From Mobula hypostoma (lineage: Eukaryota), in assembly GCF_963921235.1 (NCBI RefSeq), contig NC_086097.1, positions 232,006,001 to 232,070,000 of the forward strand: a stretch of DNA of 64,000 bases, in the 5' to 3' direction. A model generated the notes under the pieces. It was not told where the DNA came from, did no database searches, and saw only the letters and a program-made list of their open reading frames with translations. Numbering within the stretch: position 1 is the stretch's first letter; every line of letters starts with the position of its first letter. Of this stretch, positions 36,222 to 48,600 are shown piece after piece. Both the position numbers and the translations under genes were made by a program.

Positions 36222-36790
36222 AACACACACAAAATGCTGGAGGAACTCAGATGGTCAGGCAGCATCCATGGAAGGGATTAAGCAGTCCATATTTTGGACT
36301 GAGACCCTTCATCAGGAATGGAGAAGAATTGTGAGGACGCCAGAATAAGAGGGTGGGAGGGGGGCAAAGCATATAAACTGGCAGGTGATAGGTGACACCA
36401 GGTGTGAGGAATGGTGGGTGGGGGAAGAGGGAGGGTGAAGTAAGCAGCTGGGAGGTGATAGATGGAAGAGGTACAGGCCTGACGAAGAAGGAATCTAATA
36501 GGAGAGGTGAGTGAACTATAGGGGAAAGGGAAGGAAGAGGTGGGTGATGATCAGGTGAGGAGAAGGGAAGGGATGAGAGGAGAACCAGAATGGGGAATGG
36601 AAAAAGTCAGAAGGAGGAATTGGGATGACTATTTCTCCTAGAGAATTTAATGTTCATGCCATCAGGTTGGAGGCTACCCAGACAGAAAACAAGATGTTCC
36701 TCCTCCAAATCCTCATTATGGCAGTAGAAATAGCCATGTCGGAATGGGAACGGGAAGTCGAATTGAAAAGGTGGCTTTTGTGGTGAATGG
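36222..36790 (-). mobile_element. Penelope-like element 3' end
   Basis: ORF 36607-36795 (LEEEHLVFCLGSLQPDGMNI), purine-rich + strand UTR, decayed hammerhead. Confidence 0.8.
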
Positions 36791-37049
36791 AGCAATGGTA
36801 CATTTTATTTTATTACTTATGCATTATGAATTGATTGTGATCATAGTCTTTGGCCTTTACTTTTCCACACAAAGTTATGAGGCACTTTTAAAATCAGAAT
36901 GTAAAGCCCCAACATAAGATGGTTTCCTTCTGGATGCTTCTGGGCACCTGAGTCAGGGTGCGTAAGTCCCGCCATTTTGAAACGGAATATCATATAGTTC
37001 TAATACCAACCAAATAAATTAAAGCTGATTTCACAAAATAACAATGGCT

Positions 37050-37339
37050 AACACGAGGGGGCATAGTCTTAAGGTGCTTGGAAATAGGTACCGAGGGGAT
37101 GTCAGAGGTAAGTTTTTCCACACAGAGAGTGGTGGGTGTGTGGAATGCACTGTCAGTGGCAGTGGTGGAAGCGGATACAATAGGGTCTTTTAAGAGCCTC
37201 TTAGATGGGTACATGGAGCTTAGAAAAATAGAGGGCAATGTGCTAGGGAAATTCTAAGCAGTTTCTGGAGTAGGTTACACGGTCGGCACAACATTGTGGG
37301 CTGTAGGGCCTGTAATGTGCTGTATATTTCTATGTTCTA
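37050..37339 (+). mobile_element. CR1 LINE 3' fragment
   Basis: TRGHSLKV…RVVGVWNAL remnant and a tail like that at 17800-17890. Confidence 0.8.
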
Positions 37340-38814
37340 AATAATTTTCAATTACCGATGTCAGAGTACACAAGAGCAAACTTCTTAAAATATAAATTTT
37401 CACAAAAAAATTACTCTTTTGAAGCACCATTTCCAGAAACGTGAGTATTGTTTTTAATCACGCAAAATTATAACAAGACCCTCCTTTAAGGAGACACTTC
37501 CCTTTACCCTGAATCTTATCCACCTTGACTTTCTTCACCCATTTTACATTTAATGCAAAGGTACTGAAAGAAAATGGCTGTGTAAAAGCAATCAGGAACT
37601 TGGTAATGTGGATATTGAGTTGATCGTCCATTTGCAGCTCCATTCTGCACCAACGTCATGTAATCCAATTTTAGCAATTTTTTTTCTGTTTATCAGAAAC
37701 ATGGATGTCAGTATTGATGATTGAACTATTTAGGATGCCCAGTTAGGTCAAATGCTGTAATTAAATAACCTGACCTTGACCTCAGAAGAGGACCCTTAGA
37801 AACAACACTGAATTTTCCATTTCCTGCACTAACCATTGTTGTAGATAGTCCAGTTCTGCCTTTACGTTGCTCTTTCCTTTGTAATATATTCAGCATTTAT
37901 CCAAAGTTCATTTATGATGCCAAAAATCAGAGACAGGCAAATCATCATACTAACTTATGTAAATACATACATGGAATTTGATACATAAGGAGCTTTGACT
38001 GCCAAGATTCTTTTCTAATTAATAAGTTCATGATTTAATAAGTAAAAAAGGAAAGGCAGTTCATGACTCCCACTGAATGTTAACTTTAAAAAGAAATGAA
38101 TCATTAGTGAGCTTCCCAGTGGTGATGTTTAGACTGTTGCCAACACAAAAACAATCTGATACATGGGAACCACCAGCAATGGCAGATTTTTATTCAAGAT
38201 TACATCAAGACAAAAATCTCAACATGGCACCAAAATAATACTGAATTAAAGGCTTTAACTCACATTCAACAGGAAATAAGCTGAAGACAAATTCATTTGC
38301 TGCTGAAATCTTCACAGCTAGCTGAGAGAGAAAAGAAGTTTAAATCCCACCAATCTGGTCTAGGTTCAAAGTTCGAAGTAAATTTATTGTCAAAGTATGT
38401 AAGACTCGAAGGAGTTTTGATCATAAGCGGGCTGAAACTCCTGAAGACAGGTGGCAGATCAACTGATGATCCCACTGGTGATAGCACAGGACAGTTAACA
38501 TCTTAGTTCACGTGGTATTTTCAATTCATAGGTTCTCTTGATAATGTAAGATGCCCCAGGCCTAGTTCCCCTGTTTGTTGGGGCGACAGACAGTGAGGCA
38601 GCAGCGTGCCTTCAGTTGTAGCAAGGACTAGGCCTCAAGCCACCTGCTCGCCTGCTGCTGCAGCCCAGGGAGGATATACCAGAGGCAGTGTAGCGTGGGG
38701 TCCATTCTTGGTTGGGGGCTGGCTTCTCCTATCAGTGCTGCCCTCCAGTGTTCGATTGGTGGAATGACAGGCTGGATTGCAGGATATTTCGCTCAGGGTC
38801 TTGGACTATATAGG

Positions 38815-40400
38815 AACATAGAAACATAGAAAATAGGTGCAGGAGTAGGCCATTCGGCCCTTCGAGCCTGCACCACCATTTATTATGATCATGTCTGATC
38901 ATCCAACTCAGAACCCTGTACCTGCCTTCTCTCCATACCCCCGATCCCTTTTGCCACAAGGGCCATATCTAACTCCCTCTTAAATATAGCCAATGAACTG
39001 GCCTCAACTGTTTCCTGTGGCAGAGAATTCCACAGATTCACCACTCTCTGTGTGAAGAAGTTTTTCCTCATCTCGGTCCTAAAAGGCTTCCCCTTTATCC
39101 TTAAACTGTGACCCCTCGTTCTGGACTTCCCCAACATCGGGAACTATCTTCCTGCATCTAGCCTGTCCAATCCTTTTAGGATTTTATACATTTCAATAAG
39201 ATCCCCAAAGAAGTTCCCCCTCATGTTACCCCTCAGTCTTCTAAATTTCAGCGAGTATAAGCCTAGTCGATCCAGTCTTTCATCATATGAAAGTCCTGCC
39301 ATCCCAGGAATCAATCTGGTGAACCTTCTTTGTACTCCCTCTATGGCAAAAATATCTTTCCTCAGATTAGGGGACCAAAACTGCACACAGTACTCCAGGT
39401 GTGGTCTCACCAAGGCCTTGTACAACTGCAGTAGTACCTCCTTGCTCCTGTACTCGAATCCTCTTGCTATGAATGCCAGCATACCATTCGCCTTTTTCAC
39501 CGCCTGCTGTACCTGCATGCCCACTTTCAATGACTGGTGTACAATGACACCCAGGTCTCGTTGCACCTCCCCTTTTCCTAATCAGCCACCATTCATATAA
39601 CCATATAACCATATAACAATTATAGCATGGAAACAGGCCATCTCAGCCCTTCTAGTCCGTGCCAAACTCTTACCCTATCCTATTCCCACTGACCTGCACT
39701 CAGCCCATAACCCTCCATTCCTTTCCTGTCCATATATCTATCCAATTTAACTTTAAACGATAACATAGAACCTGCCTCAACCACTTCTGCTGGAAGCTCA
39801 TTCCACACAGCTACCACTCTCTGAGTAAAGAAGTTCCCCCTCATGTTACCCCTAAACTATTGTCCTCTAATTCTCAACCCATGCCCTCTTGTTTGAATCT
39901 TCCCCGCTCTCAATGGAAAAAGTCTAACCACGTCAACTCTATCAATCCCCCTCATAATTTTAAACACCTCTATCAAGTCTCCCCTCAACCTTCTACGCTC
40001 CAAAGAATAAAGACGTAACTTGTTCAACCTTTCTCTGTAACTTAGGAGATGAAACCCAGGCAACATTTTAGTAAACCTCATCTGTACTCCCTCAATTTTA
40101 TTGACATCTTTCCTATAATTCGGTGACCAGAACTGTACACAATACTCCAGATTTGGCCTTACCAATGCCTTATACAAATTCAGCATTACATCCCAACTCC
40201 TATACTCAATGCTCTGATTTATAAAGGCCAGCATACCAAAAGCTTTCTTCACCACCCTATCCACATGAGATTCCATCTTCAGGGAACTATGCACCGTTAT
40301 TCCCAGATCCCTCTGTTCTAAAGCATTCTTTAATGCCCTACCATTTACCATTCAGATAATAATCTGTTTTCCTGTTCTTGCCAACAAAGTGGATAACCTC
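38815..40400 (-). mobile_element. CR1 LINE 3' portion (outer element), interrupted by a second CR1
   Basis: ORFs 38889-39137 and 39144-39566 (QRDLGV…LVRPHLEYCVQFWSP). Resumes at 40355-40400. (tttctatg)n tail. Confidence 0.9.
39596..40346 (-). mobile_element. Nested CR1 LINE of a different subfamily
   Basis: ORF 39857-40351 (EQRDLGI…LVRPNLEYCVQFWSP…TRGH), (tatggtta)n tail, flanking repeat accattca (39588-39595 and 40347-40354). Confidence 0.9.
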
Positions 40401-41389
40401 ACATTTATCCACATTAAATGTATGTGTTTTCTTCCATGCCTATGTTTTTTTTCTTGCTATTTTGCATGTGCTGTGTATGTTTTGCACCTTGGCCGCAGAG
40501 GAATGCTGTCTCGTTTGGCTGTATTCATGTATGGTTGAATGATAATTAAATTTGATTTGATTTGCTTTGATTTGTACTGCATATGTCAGCATATACTACC
40601 TTGAGGTTCATTTTCTTGCAAGCATTCACAGCAGAAGTATAATAAAATAAATGAAAAATTACTCAGAAAGACTGACAAATAATCAATGTGCAAAAGAAGA
40701 CAACTTGTGCAAAAAACAGAAACACTAAATAAGTAACACGTCCACAATAAGATTCAATCCCAAAATGAATACTCCTATTCAATAATTCACTCAGTAGCTA
40801 AGAAAGTTACCTTTAGCAGTGAGGTCAGGGTGATAAGTTTCAGATTAAAGGAGGTGACTATAAAGAATCTTGCTCCAAACTGCATTTCATGTTGATGGCA
40901 ATTTAGAAGAAAAAGGGTCTGCCCGACAGACAAGTACAACCAATAATTTCCAAAAATTCTGTTACCTTTAAAACCCTAACTGTACTTATTTCCTGGTGAC
41001 CACAGAAAAACACATGATGGCATCATTATTATAATATGTCCATTAGTATTCTAAAACAAAACAAAACTGAGAACGCCAGGCTTTTATATTGAAAAACAAG
41101 TCACTTCAGCCAGAAATAATATTGAAATGTGTGAACTCGCCAGCGCTTTAGAAAAACAATATAGTCCTACAGCAACCTAATTTGGCAATTCTCCACTGAG
41201 AATAAAAATCCAAGGTTCATTTTTCTGTGGAGTTACTTTTCCCTTCTTCCTCTGATTAATTAAGTTGTGGGTAGGAATTTTCTTAGTATAATTCATCTGC
41301 TTTGGGAAGTACCAAGAAATGCATAATAGGTGTTAAAATTCCCTATTATGATTATTCATTTATTTATTTATTTTACTGCGGCAAATTTG

Positions 41390-42020
41390 CAGAATAGGCC
41401 AATGCAGCTCTTCAAGCTGCACCACCCAGAAATCTGCTGATTTATGTAGCTTAGTCATGAAACGGCTTCAAGAGGACCACAACCTTGTCATGGTTTGGAG
41501 GCTTGTGTGCCTCAATGACCCGCAGAGCGATGCTGGCTGGAGTCAGGGCTTCACGCTTTGGCTCTTGGCAGGGTCGCCCATGCCAAACAGGTCAAAGGGT
41601 AGAGGCCAGACTAAGAGAGGTCCACCGGCCCTCCAGGTTCGGGGGTAGAGCTCGGGGCCAACAACCCCAACTGGTAGAACAAAATTGTTCTGGAAACAGC
41701 AATGAAGAATCCTTCTATATCTGAGTGTGACGATATTCCTCAGTCTCTTGCATGACTGACAGCGGCGAAAACTGAGAGCAAGCTACTGACATGATGAAGG
41801 AAGCCAGAGATGAAGGGCCTACATTACCGCCTGAATACCAACAGCGTAATAGGCAGTAAGTAAGTAAGTAATCACAGTACAGTTTACAATGACCAACTAA
41901 CCTACCAACCTGTACATCCTTGGACTGTGGGAGGAAAACAGAGCATTCTGAGGAAACCCACATGGTCTTGGGGAGAACTTTTAACCCTTTACAGATATGA
42001 ACCCATGCTGCTGGTACTGT
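41390..42020 (-). mobile_element. V-SINE split by a + strand RTE-type non-autonomous element
   Basis: V-domain at 41920-41965. The tail resumes at 41390-41458 on the other side of the insert. Confidence 0.65.
41460..41868 (+). mobile_element. RTE-type non-autonomous element with structured leader and (taag)n tail
   Basis: ggaccacaaccttgtcatgg…gactaagagaggtcc leader and tail gtaagtaagtaagt. Confidence 0.7.
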
Positions 42021-42149
42021 CAAGCATCTTATGTAGAATAACTCAATTACATTTTTAACGAGACAATTTACGTATCCTAAAATAAGCATTAAATCTCACA
42101 GGTGTGATAACACTAATGCTGTCAGGCATTTAATTGGGAAAATAAACAG

Positions 42150-43325
42150 AACGTGTGGGAAATACTCAGCGGGTCAGGCAGCATCTGTGGAGGGAGTCAA
42201 TGTATCTGTTCAATAACATTTCATCAGGAATACTAAGACAGAAAGATGCATGTTTAAGATGCAGAGAGGTGGAGGCAACAGAAGGAATGTCCATCACAGA
42301 ATGGGAATCAAGAGACACTGATGTGGAAGCAAAGCTGACTGGAAGGGGATGCTGAAGGTTTGTCAAAGCATCTGGTCTGTCTGGGAGAGGGAGAATTTGA
42401 GGGAAGTTAGAACAGAGCAGAAGGAGAAAAGAAAATGCCGGGGACCATGAGATACAGAACGCAGCAAGTGATGGAAATCTGGGCATTCACCCAATCTGCG
42501 TTTGATTTCTCCTTTGTAGTGAGACCATGTCAAGAATACCGAAACCAGTACACTGAACTGGAATAAACACAAGCTGCTTCACCCGGAAGGAGAGTTTAAG
42601 TCTTTGGGGGTGGAAGGGGAAGATGTGAAAGAGCAGGCATTGCATGGGAGAGTGCTGTGAGTCAGAAAAAAGGCTGCTGGGGGAGATGGAATTGTAAACC
42701 AGGGAGTCAGAGAGGGAGTGGGCCCTTCAGAATGTGGAAAGGGGGAGACATGCATCTGAAGGGTCTTGGCTCAAAATGTCGACTGTTTATTGATTTCCAT
42801 AGATGCTGCCTGACCTGCTGAGTTCCTTCAGCATTTTGTGTGTGTTGCATCTGTTTCTGACAACTCGTTGAAGGTGGTGAGAAATGAGTCGAATAACCGT
42901 TGAATGTGAAGGCTGGTGGGGTGGAAGGGGAACTCCATTTCTGCTTTTGGAGTGAAGGCATTGGGAGCAGATGGACATGAATAGAACAGACACCACTGTA
43001 AGCTCTTTTAGTTATGCTGAATGGGCAGGCACACTTAAGGAAAATGAAAGGCACATCAAAAGCACTGGTATAGGAAATGTTAACGCATGAAGAAGCAAAG
43101 AACAATTTCATACCCTAGTCTGGCATTTCCTTCAGAATACTGGAATGGTTGGGAAGAAAGGAAGATGTGATTGGTGGTGGGATCCCATTGTGGGTTGAGA
43201 AAATTACGGAGAAATTATGGAGGAGGATCCATTCAAATTTGGGGCTTATGCAATGGAAGGACGGCAATACGCCTAGACTGAGGATGAATTCCTGTTGAAC
43301 TTTCCAGCCTGTTTGATGCTAACCA
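42150..43325 (-). mobile_element. Old Penelope-like element with a mini + strand PLE insert at 42759-42845
   Basis: PLE end motif at 42155-42230. The insert is flanked by tgcatctg (42751-42758 and 42846-42853). Confidence 0.6.
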
Positions 43326-43417
43326 CTGGTGCATATCTAATGTTTTCAGTTTTTCCCTAATACATTTATTCACTGTAACAGAAACTCAGCAACACCTGCA
43401 TTTACCTTCTTTCACAG

Positions 43418-43543
43418 GTGGGCGACCTCATTTAAATGAACGGAACCAGCAGTCCTTCGTCCGTCCACGTTGGCACAAGGATAGGGGACCAGCCGTGACG
43501 TCCTTCCATCCCTTCTCCCCGGAGCACCCATGGCGACCCAGCG
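43418..43543 (+). other. Candidate 126-nt phase 1-1 host exon
   Basis: Acceptor tttaccttctttcacag, one open frame (GRPHLNERNQQSFVRPRWHKDRGPAVTSFHPFSPEHPWRPS), CpG-rich against AT-rich flanks. Donor (gtagct) is weak and the peptide is not recognised. Confidence 0.3.
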
Positions 43544-45687
43544 GTAGCTTTGATTCTCCAACTTCCAACCTTCAGGTCATCTCTGACTTCCATGTTTGGC
43601 CAAGCATGTACAAAATTCTAAAAGAAGCTGAGCGCTGTTTGTGGATTTGGCTCAATGTTCCTCACGCAGAGCACTATTTAGGTCATCCCGCATTTCACTG
43701 CATTAATGCCCTGAAGGCTTTTGCAAATACAGGCTCAGAGTGTTTATATAATATGATCAAAGGATGCAGAGATGCATTCACTGTAAGTAAAAATTAGCAT
43801 TATTCGTCATATATACATTAAAATACATTGTCAGCCCACAAGTATCACCAACATAGCATGCCCACAACTTACTAACTTTTATCATCTTTGGACTGTGGGA
43901 GGAAATTGAATCACCTGGAGGAAACCCATGCAGTCATGGGGAGAATGCACAAGCTTCTTGCAAACAATTGAACCTGGATCACTAGCGTTGCAAACTTTTC
44001 TCTGACATGTCGGATATGTACTGTACATCTAGCTATTTCCCTTTTATATTAAACCTGAAGTGTTAAGTTAAAATGTAGATAAATAAATTCTCTATCTAAT
44101 TATCCATATAATTTTGAGGCACGAATACTGAGGCATCCTGACTTTCAGCTTTGTCATTTTAAAGGTTCATACCTGCTTTGGGACATCACTTTTTATGAGA
44201 AACCCAGAACAGTTACAAAGTCTATACAAATACTGTTCCCTTTGCTTCATTATACCATGAAGGATGTGTGTGAATAGCACCATATTACAGCAAAGACCTT
44301 GACCTTTGAACCCTGCTTTGTTAACAGGGTTGTTTAATCATTTGAAAGCAAGTTCTTTTCTTGCCTCAGTTAAAATTTCATGCATTTGATAAAAAGACAT
44401 TTTGTGTATTGTGTATGACAAGAAGGTTGGTTAAACTGTTCACGTTATAATCACAATTAACTTCCATAGCCAATCAGGGCAAAATTGTAACAAAAAATCA
44501 CAGAGTCACAGAAATGTACAGCACAGAAACAGGCCCTTTGGCCCATCTAGTGATATTAAATATAGGAGCTTAATAGGGTGATGAATCAAAAGTGAAATTT
44601 TATAAAAGATCATTACATCTGATTTCAGCAGAATTGTATATCGTATAATATGCCTTTGGAAAGGGATTTAAGAAAGTTGTCTCATGATTGATGCATTTTC
44701 TTTCAGTGTAAACCTAACTCACTTCAACATCATTCTTTTGTCAATTATGTTACTTGCCATCACATCAAAGTGCACGAATGATGCCAAAGTATTTGTACTT
44801 TTGGATCCGGATGCTGTATAATCTAGCAATTGAACAGTTAAATATGGCTGAGTACAGCTGCAACGGACTAGTTAGTACTGACGCAGATGAAGGTCATGGC
44901 GTAGATTTTGGTCTGTCCTTGAATCCCTTATCAAGAAAGTGCTTTGAATGACTGCTGCCAAGTTTTTTTTGCTTATGTATAAATAGACCTTTGTTAAACT
45001 TAAAACTTCTATGGCACAAATTAGGATTCACTGTCTACTCCAATATAACTTTTACAATTATAAGAACATAAATGTAAACAGCAACTCCTTTGCATGTCTA
45101 ACTGTCTTTGCATGTTCTGTGCTCTATCATTCTTTCGCGGCATTTATGCAGGAACAGGACAATAGTCGTTAAAGAATGGCATAAGCAATCATTAAAATAA
45201 GAATGGAATAATTAAGAGGTAAATGGAAATATAAAACTTATTTGTTTCTGACTAATGGCGTTACTATTCCAGGAAATTGACTTCAGTTTGAATGATTAAA
45301 TACTCACTCGGACACTACACACTGTTTGAAGTGGCAATTAAATTGACTCTCACTTCAAACATAATAGGTGCAATGGGTGACAACAAATAATTAATGAGGT
45401 GTGAGCCGAGTACAGTGGAAACATTATTCTCCATTGCTTGAGCATCAAAGGCTAGGTTTAGGGTTGCCACCAGTTAGATCAAGTTAATCAGGATAAACCT
45501 TAAGTTTCTTTGCCATAAAAGGTGCATATTTTATCAAAACTGTTTGGGAAGATATTCATCGTAAAAGTATATTTGCACAGTCAAAATGTACGCTATATAT
45601 AAATATATTTTATATATCCTTGAACTTGATCTTTGAATGTAGACTCCATGGCAACTTTATTAGGTACACCTGTACACCTGCTCATTA

Positions 45688-48600
45688 TACTTTATACTTT
45701 ATTGCCGCCAAACAATTGATACTAGAACGTACAATCATCACAGCGATATTTGATTCTGCGCTTCCTGCTCCCTGGATTACAAATCGATAGTAAATATTAA
45801 AAATTTAAATTATAAATCATAAATAGAAAATAGAAAAGGAAAAGTAAGGTAGTGCAAAAAAACCAAGAGGCAGGTCCGGATATTTGGAGGGTATGGTCCA
45901 GATCCAGGTCAGGATCGGTTCAGCAGTCTTATCACAGTTGGAAAGAAGCTGTTCCCGTACGAGTCTTCAAGCTCCTGAAGCTTCTCCCGGAGGGAAGAGG
46001 GACAAAAAGTCTGTTGGCTGGGTGGGTCGTGTCCTTGATTATCCTGGCAGCACTGCTCCGACAGCGTGTGGTGTAAAGTGAGTCCACGGACGGAAGATTG
46101 GTTTGTGTGATGTGCTGCGCCATGTTCACGATCTTCTGCAGCTTCTTTCGGTCTTGGACAGGACAACTTCCATACCAGGTTGTGATGCACCCTAGAAGAA
46201 TGCTTTCTACGGTGCATCTATAAAAATTAGTGAGGGTTTTAGGGGACAGGCCAAATTTCTTTAGTTTTCTCAGGAAGTAAAGGCGCTGGTGGGCCTTCTT
46301 GGCAGTGGACTCTGCTTGGTTGGACCAAGTCAGGTCATTTGTGATATTGACCCTGAGGAACTTAAAGCTTTTGACCTGTTCCACTTGCGCACAACCGATG
46401 TAAATTGGGTCGTGCGGTCCGCTACTCCTTCTGAAGTCAACAACCAATTCCTTCGTCTTGCTGACATTGAGGGATAGATTATTATCTTTGCACCATGCCA
46501 CCAGGTTCTTAATTTCCTCTCTGTACTCAAACTCATCATTACCTGAGATACGGCCTACAATTGTGGTGTCATCAGCAAACTTACATATTGTGTTCGATAG
46601 AAACTTGGCTACACAATCATGGGTGTACAGTGAGTACAGCAGGGGGCTGAGTACACAGCCTTGTGGGGCACTGGTGCTCAGAGTGATTGTAGAGGAGAGC
46701 TTGTCCCCTATTTTTAGAGCCTGGGTCCTGTCTGTGAGGAAGTTGAAGATCCAGCTGCAAATCTGAGTGCTAAGGCCCAGATTCCAGAGCTTAGGAATCA
46801 GTTTATTTGGAATGATGGTATTAAAGGCAGAGCTGCAGTCAATGAAAAGGAGCCTTACGTATGCGTCTTTATTCTCCAGGTGTTCTAAGGAGGAATGTAG
46901 GGCCAGAGAGATGGCATCTGCCGTTGACCTGTTGCTCCGGTAGGCGAATTGCAAAGCATCAAGGTTGACCGGTAGGCTGTGGTTGATGTGTGCCATAACC
47001 AATCGCTTGAAGCACTTCATAACAATTGATGTCAGAGCCACAGGTCGATAGTCATTCAGGCATGCCACTTTGCTCTTCTTCGGCACTGGGATTATCGTTG
47101 CCTTCTTAAAACACGAGGGGATCTTAGACTGAAGCAGTTGAAGATCTCAGCAAACATTCCAGCTAGCTCGCTTGCACAAACCCGGAGAACCCGTCCTGGG
47201 ATGCCATCTGGGCCCGTCGCCTTCCTTGGATCTATCTTCAAGAAGGCTCTTCTAACGTCCTCCTCGGTGACGATGAATCACGATGCCAACAGGTCCAGTT
47301 CATCCGGAGGGAGCGGGACACTTCTTCTGTTCGAATCTTGCGTAGAACACGTTAAGTTGGTCAGGAAGAGAAGCGCCTCAGTTATTGATATTCCCAGCCT
47401 TTTCTTTATGCCCAGTGATCTCATTTAGACCCTGCCATAGTCTACTGGTATCCCTCTGGTTAGCCTGGGCTTCCAACTTGGCTCGATATTGCCTCTTGGC
47501 GCCCTTAATGGCTTTCTGGTGTTCACGCCTGGATTCCGTGTAGCGACTGGTATCCCCGGACCTAAAAGTCACAGCTGTAGCCTTCAAAAGGGACTTGACC
47601 TCATAATTCATCCAAGGTTTTCGGTTAGGAATACCCGGATCATTTTGCGAGACACACAGTCCTCCATGCATTTCCAAATAAAGTCCGTGACGGCTGAGGC
47701 ATACTCATTGAGGTTAGCTGCCGAGTCCTTGAATACTAACCAGTCCACCGATTCAAAGCAGTCACGGAGGACCTCATCCGTTTCCTCCGTCCAACGTGAC
47801 ACTACTTTTGACACCGTGACCTCCCGCTTCAGTTTCTGTTTGTAAGCTGGGAGGATGAGTACGGCCTGATGGTCCAATTTTCCAAAGTGAGGTCGTGGGA
47901 CGGAATGGTAGGCATCCTTGACTGCTGTGTAGCAGTGGTCAAGTATATTCGGGCCTCTAGTGGGGCAGGAGACATGTTGGTATAACTTTGGCAGCGCCTT
48001 TCTGAGGTTGGCCTAGTTGAAGTCCCCGGATGTAATGAGCAAAGCCTCCAGATACCTGGTCTCAAGTTCACTGATGTTGGCATACAGTATGTTTAGAACA
48101 CACTCCATGTCCGCCTGGGGGGGAATGTAGACCGCTGTCAGTATGACCAAGGTGAATTCCCGTGGCAGATAGTAGGGACGACACTTCACCGACAGGTGTT
48201 CCAGGTCCGGGCTGCAGGAGCTTGTCAGTGCCACTGTGTCCGAGCACCACGCAGTGTTGATCAGTAGGCAGACACCACCTCCCCTCATCTTTCCCGAAGA
48301 CGCTGTACGGTCCATCCAATGGATCGAAAATCCCTCTGGTCGGATGGCACAGTCGGGGGTGGTAGGGGAGAGCCAGGTCTCGGTGAAACAGAATACACAG
48401 CAGTTCTGCATCTTCCTGCAGTAGGTGAGTCTCCCTTTAAGATCATCCACCTTGTTCTCTATGGCTTGCACATTAGCTAGTAGGATGGTGGGCATAGGGA
48501 CCCCGAAGCCCCTCAGCTTCAATTTGACCAGCAGCCCAGCTCTTTTCCAACGCTTCCTTGGTAAATAGTGCATCTTTCCAGGTTTCCATCGATGCAGTGT

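Noticed and set aside
40811..40918. Possible 108-nt - strand exon (AG…GT, one open frame)
   Set aside because: The polypyrimidine tract is poor, the peptide is unrecognisable and there are no supporting neighbouring exons.
45932..47086. 384-aa RT ORF as an active or domesticated gene
   Set aside because: The upstream ORF is broken by several frameshifts, and a small deletion relative to the 60825-61232 copy alters the C-terminus. It is a dead LINE copy.
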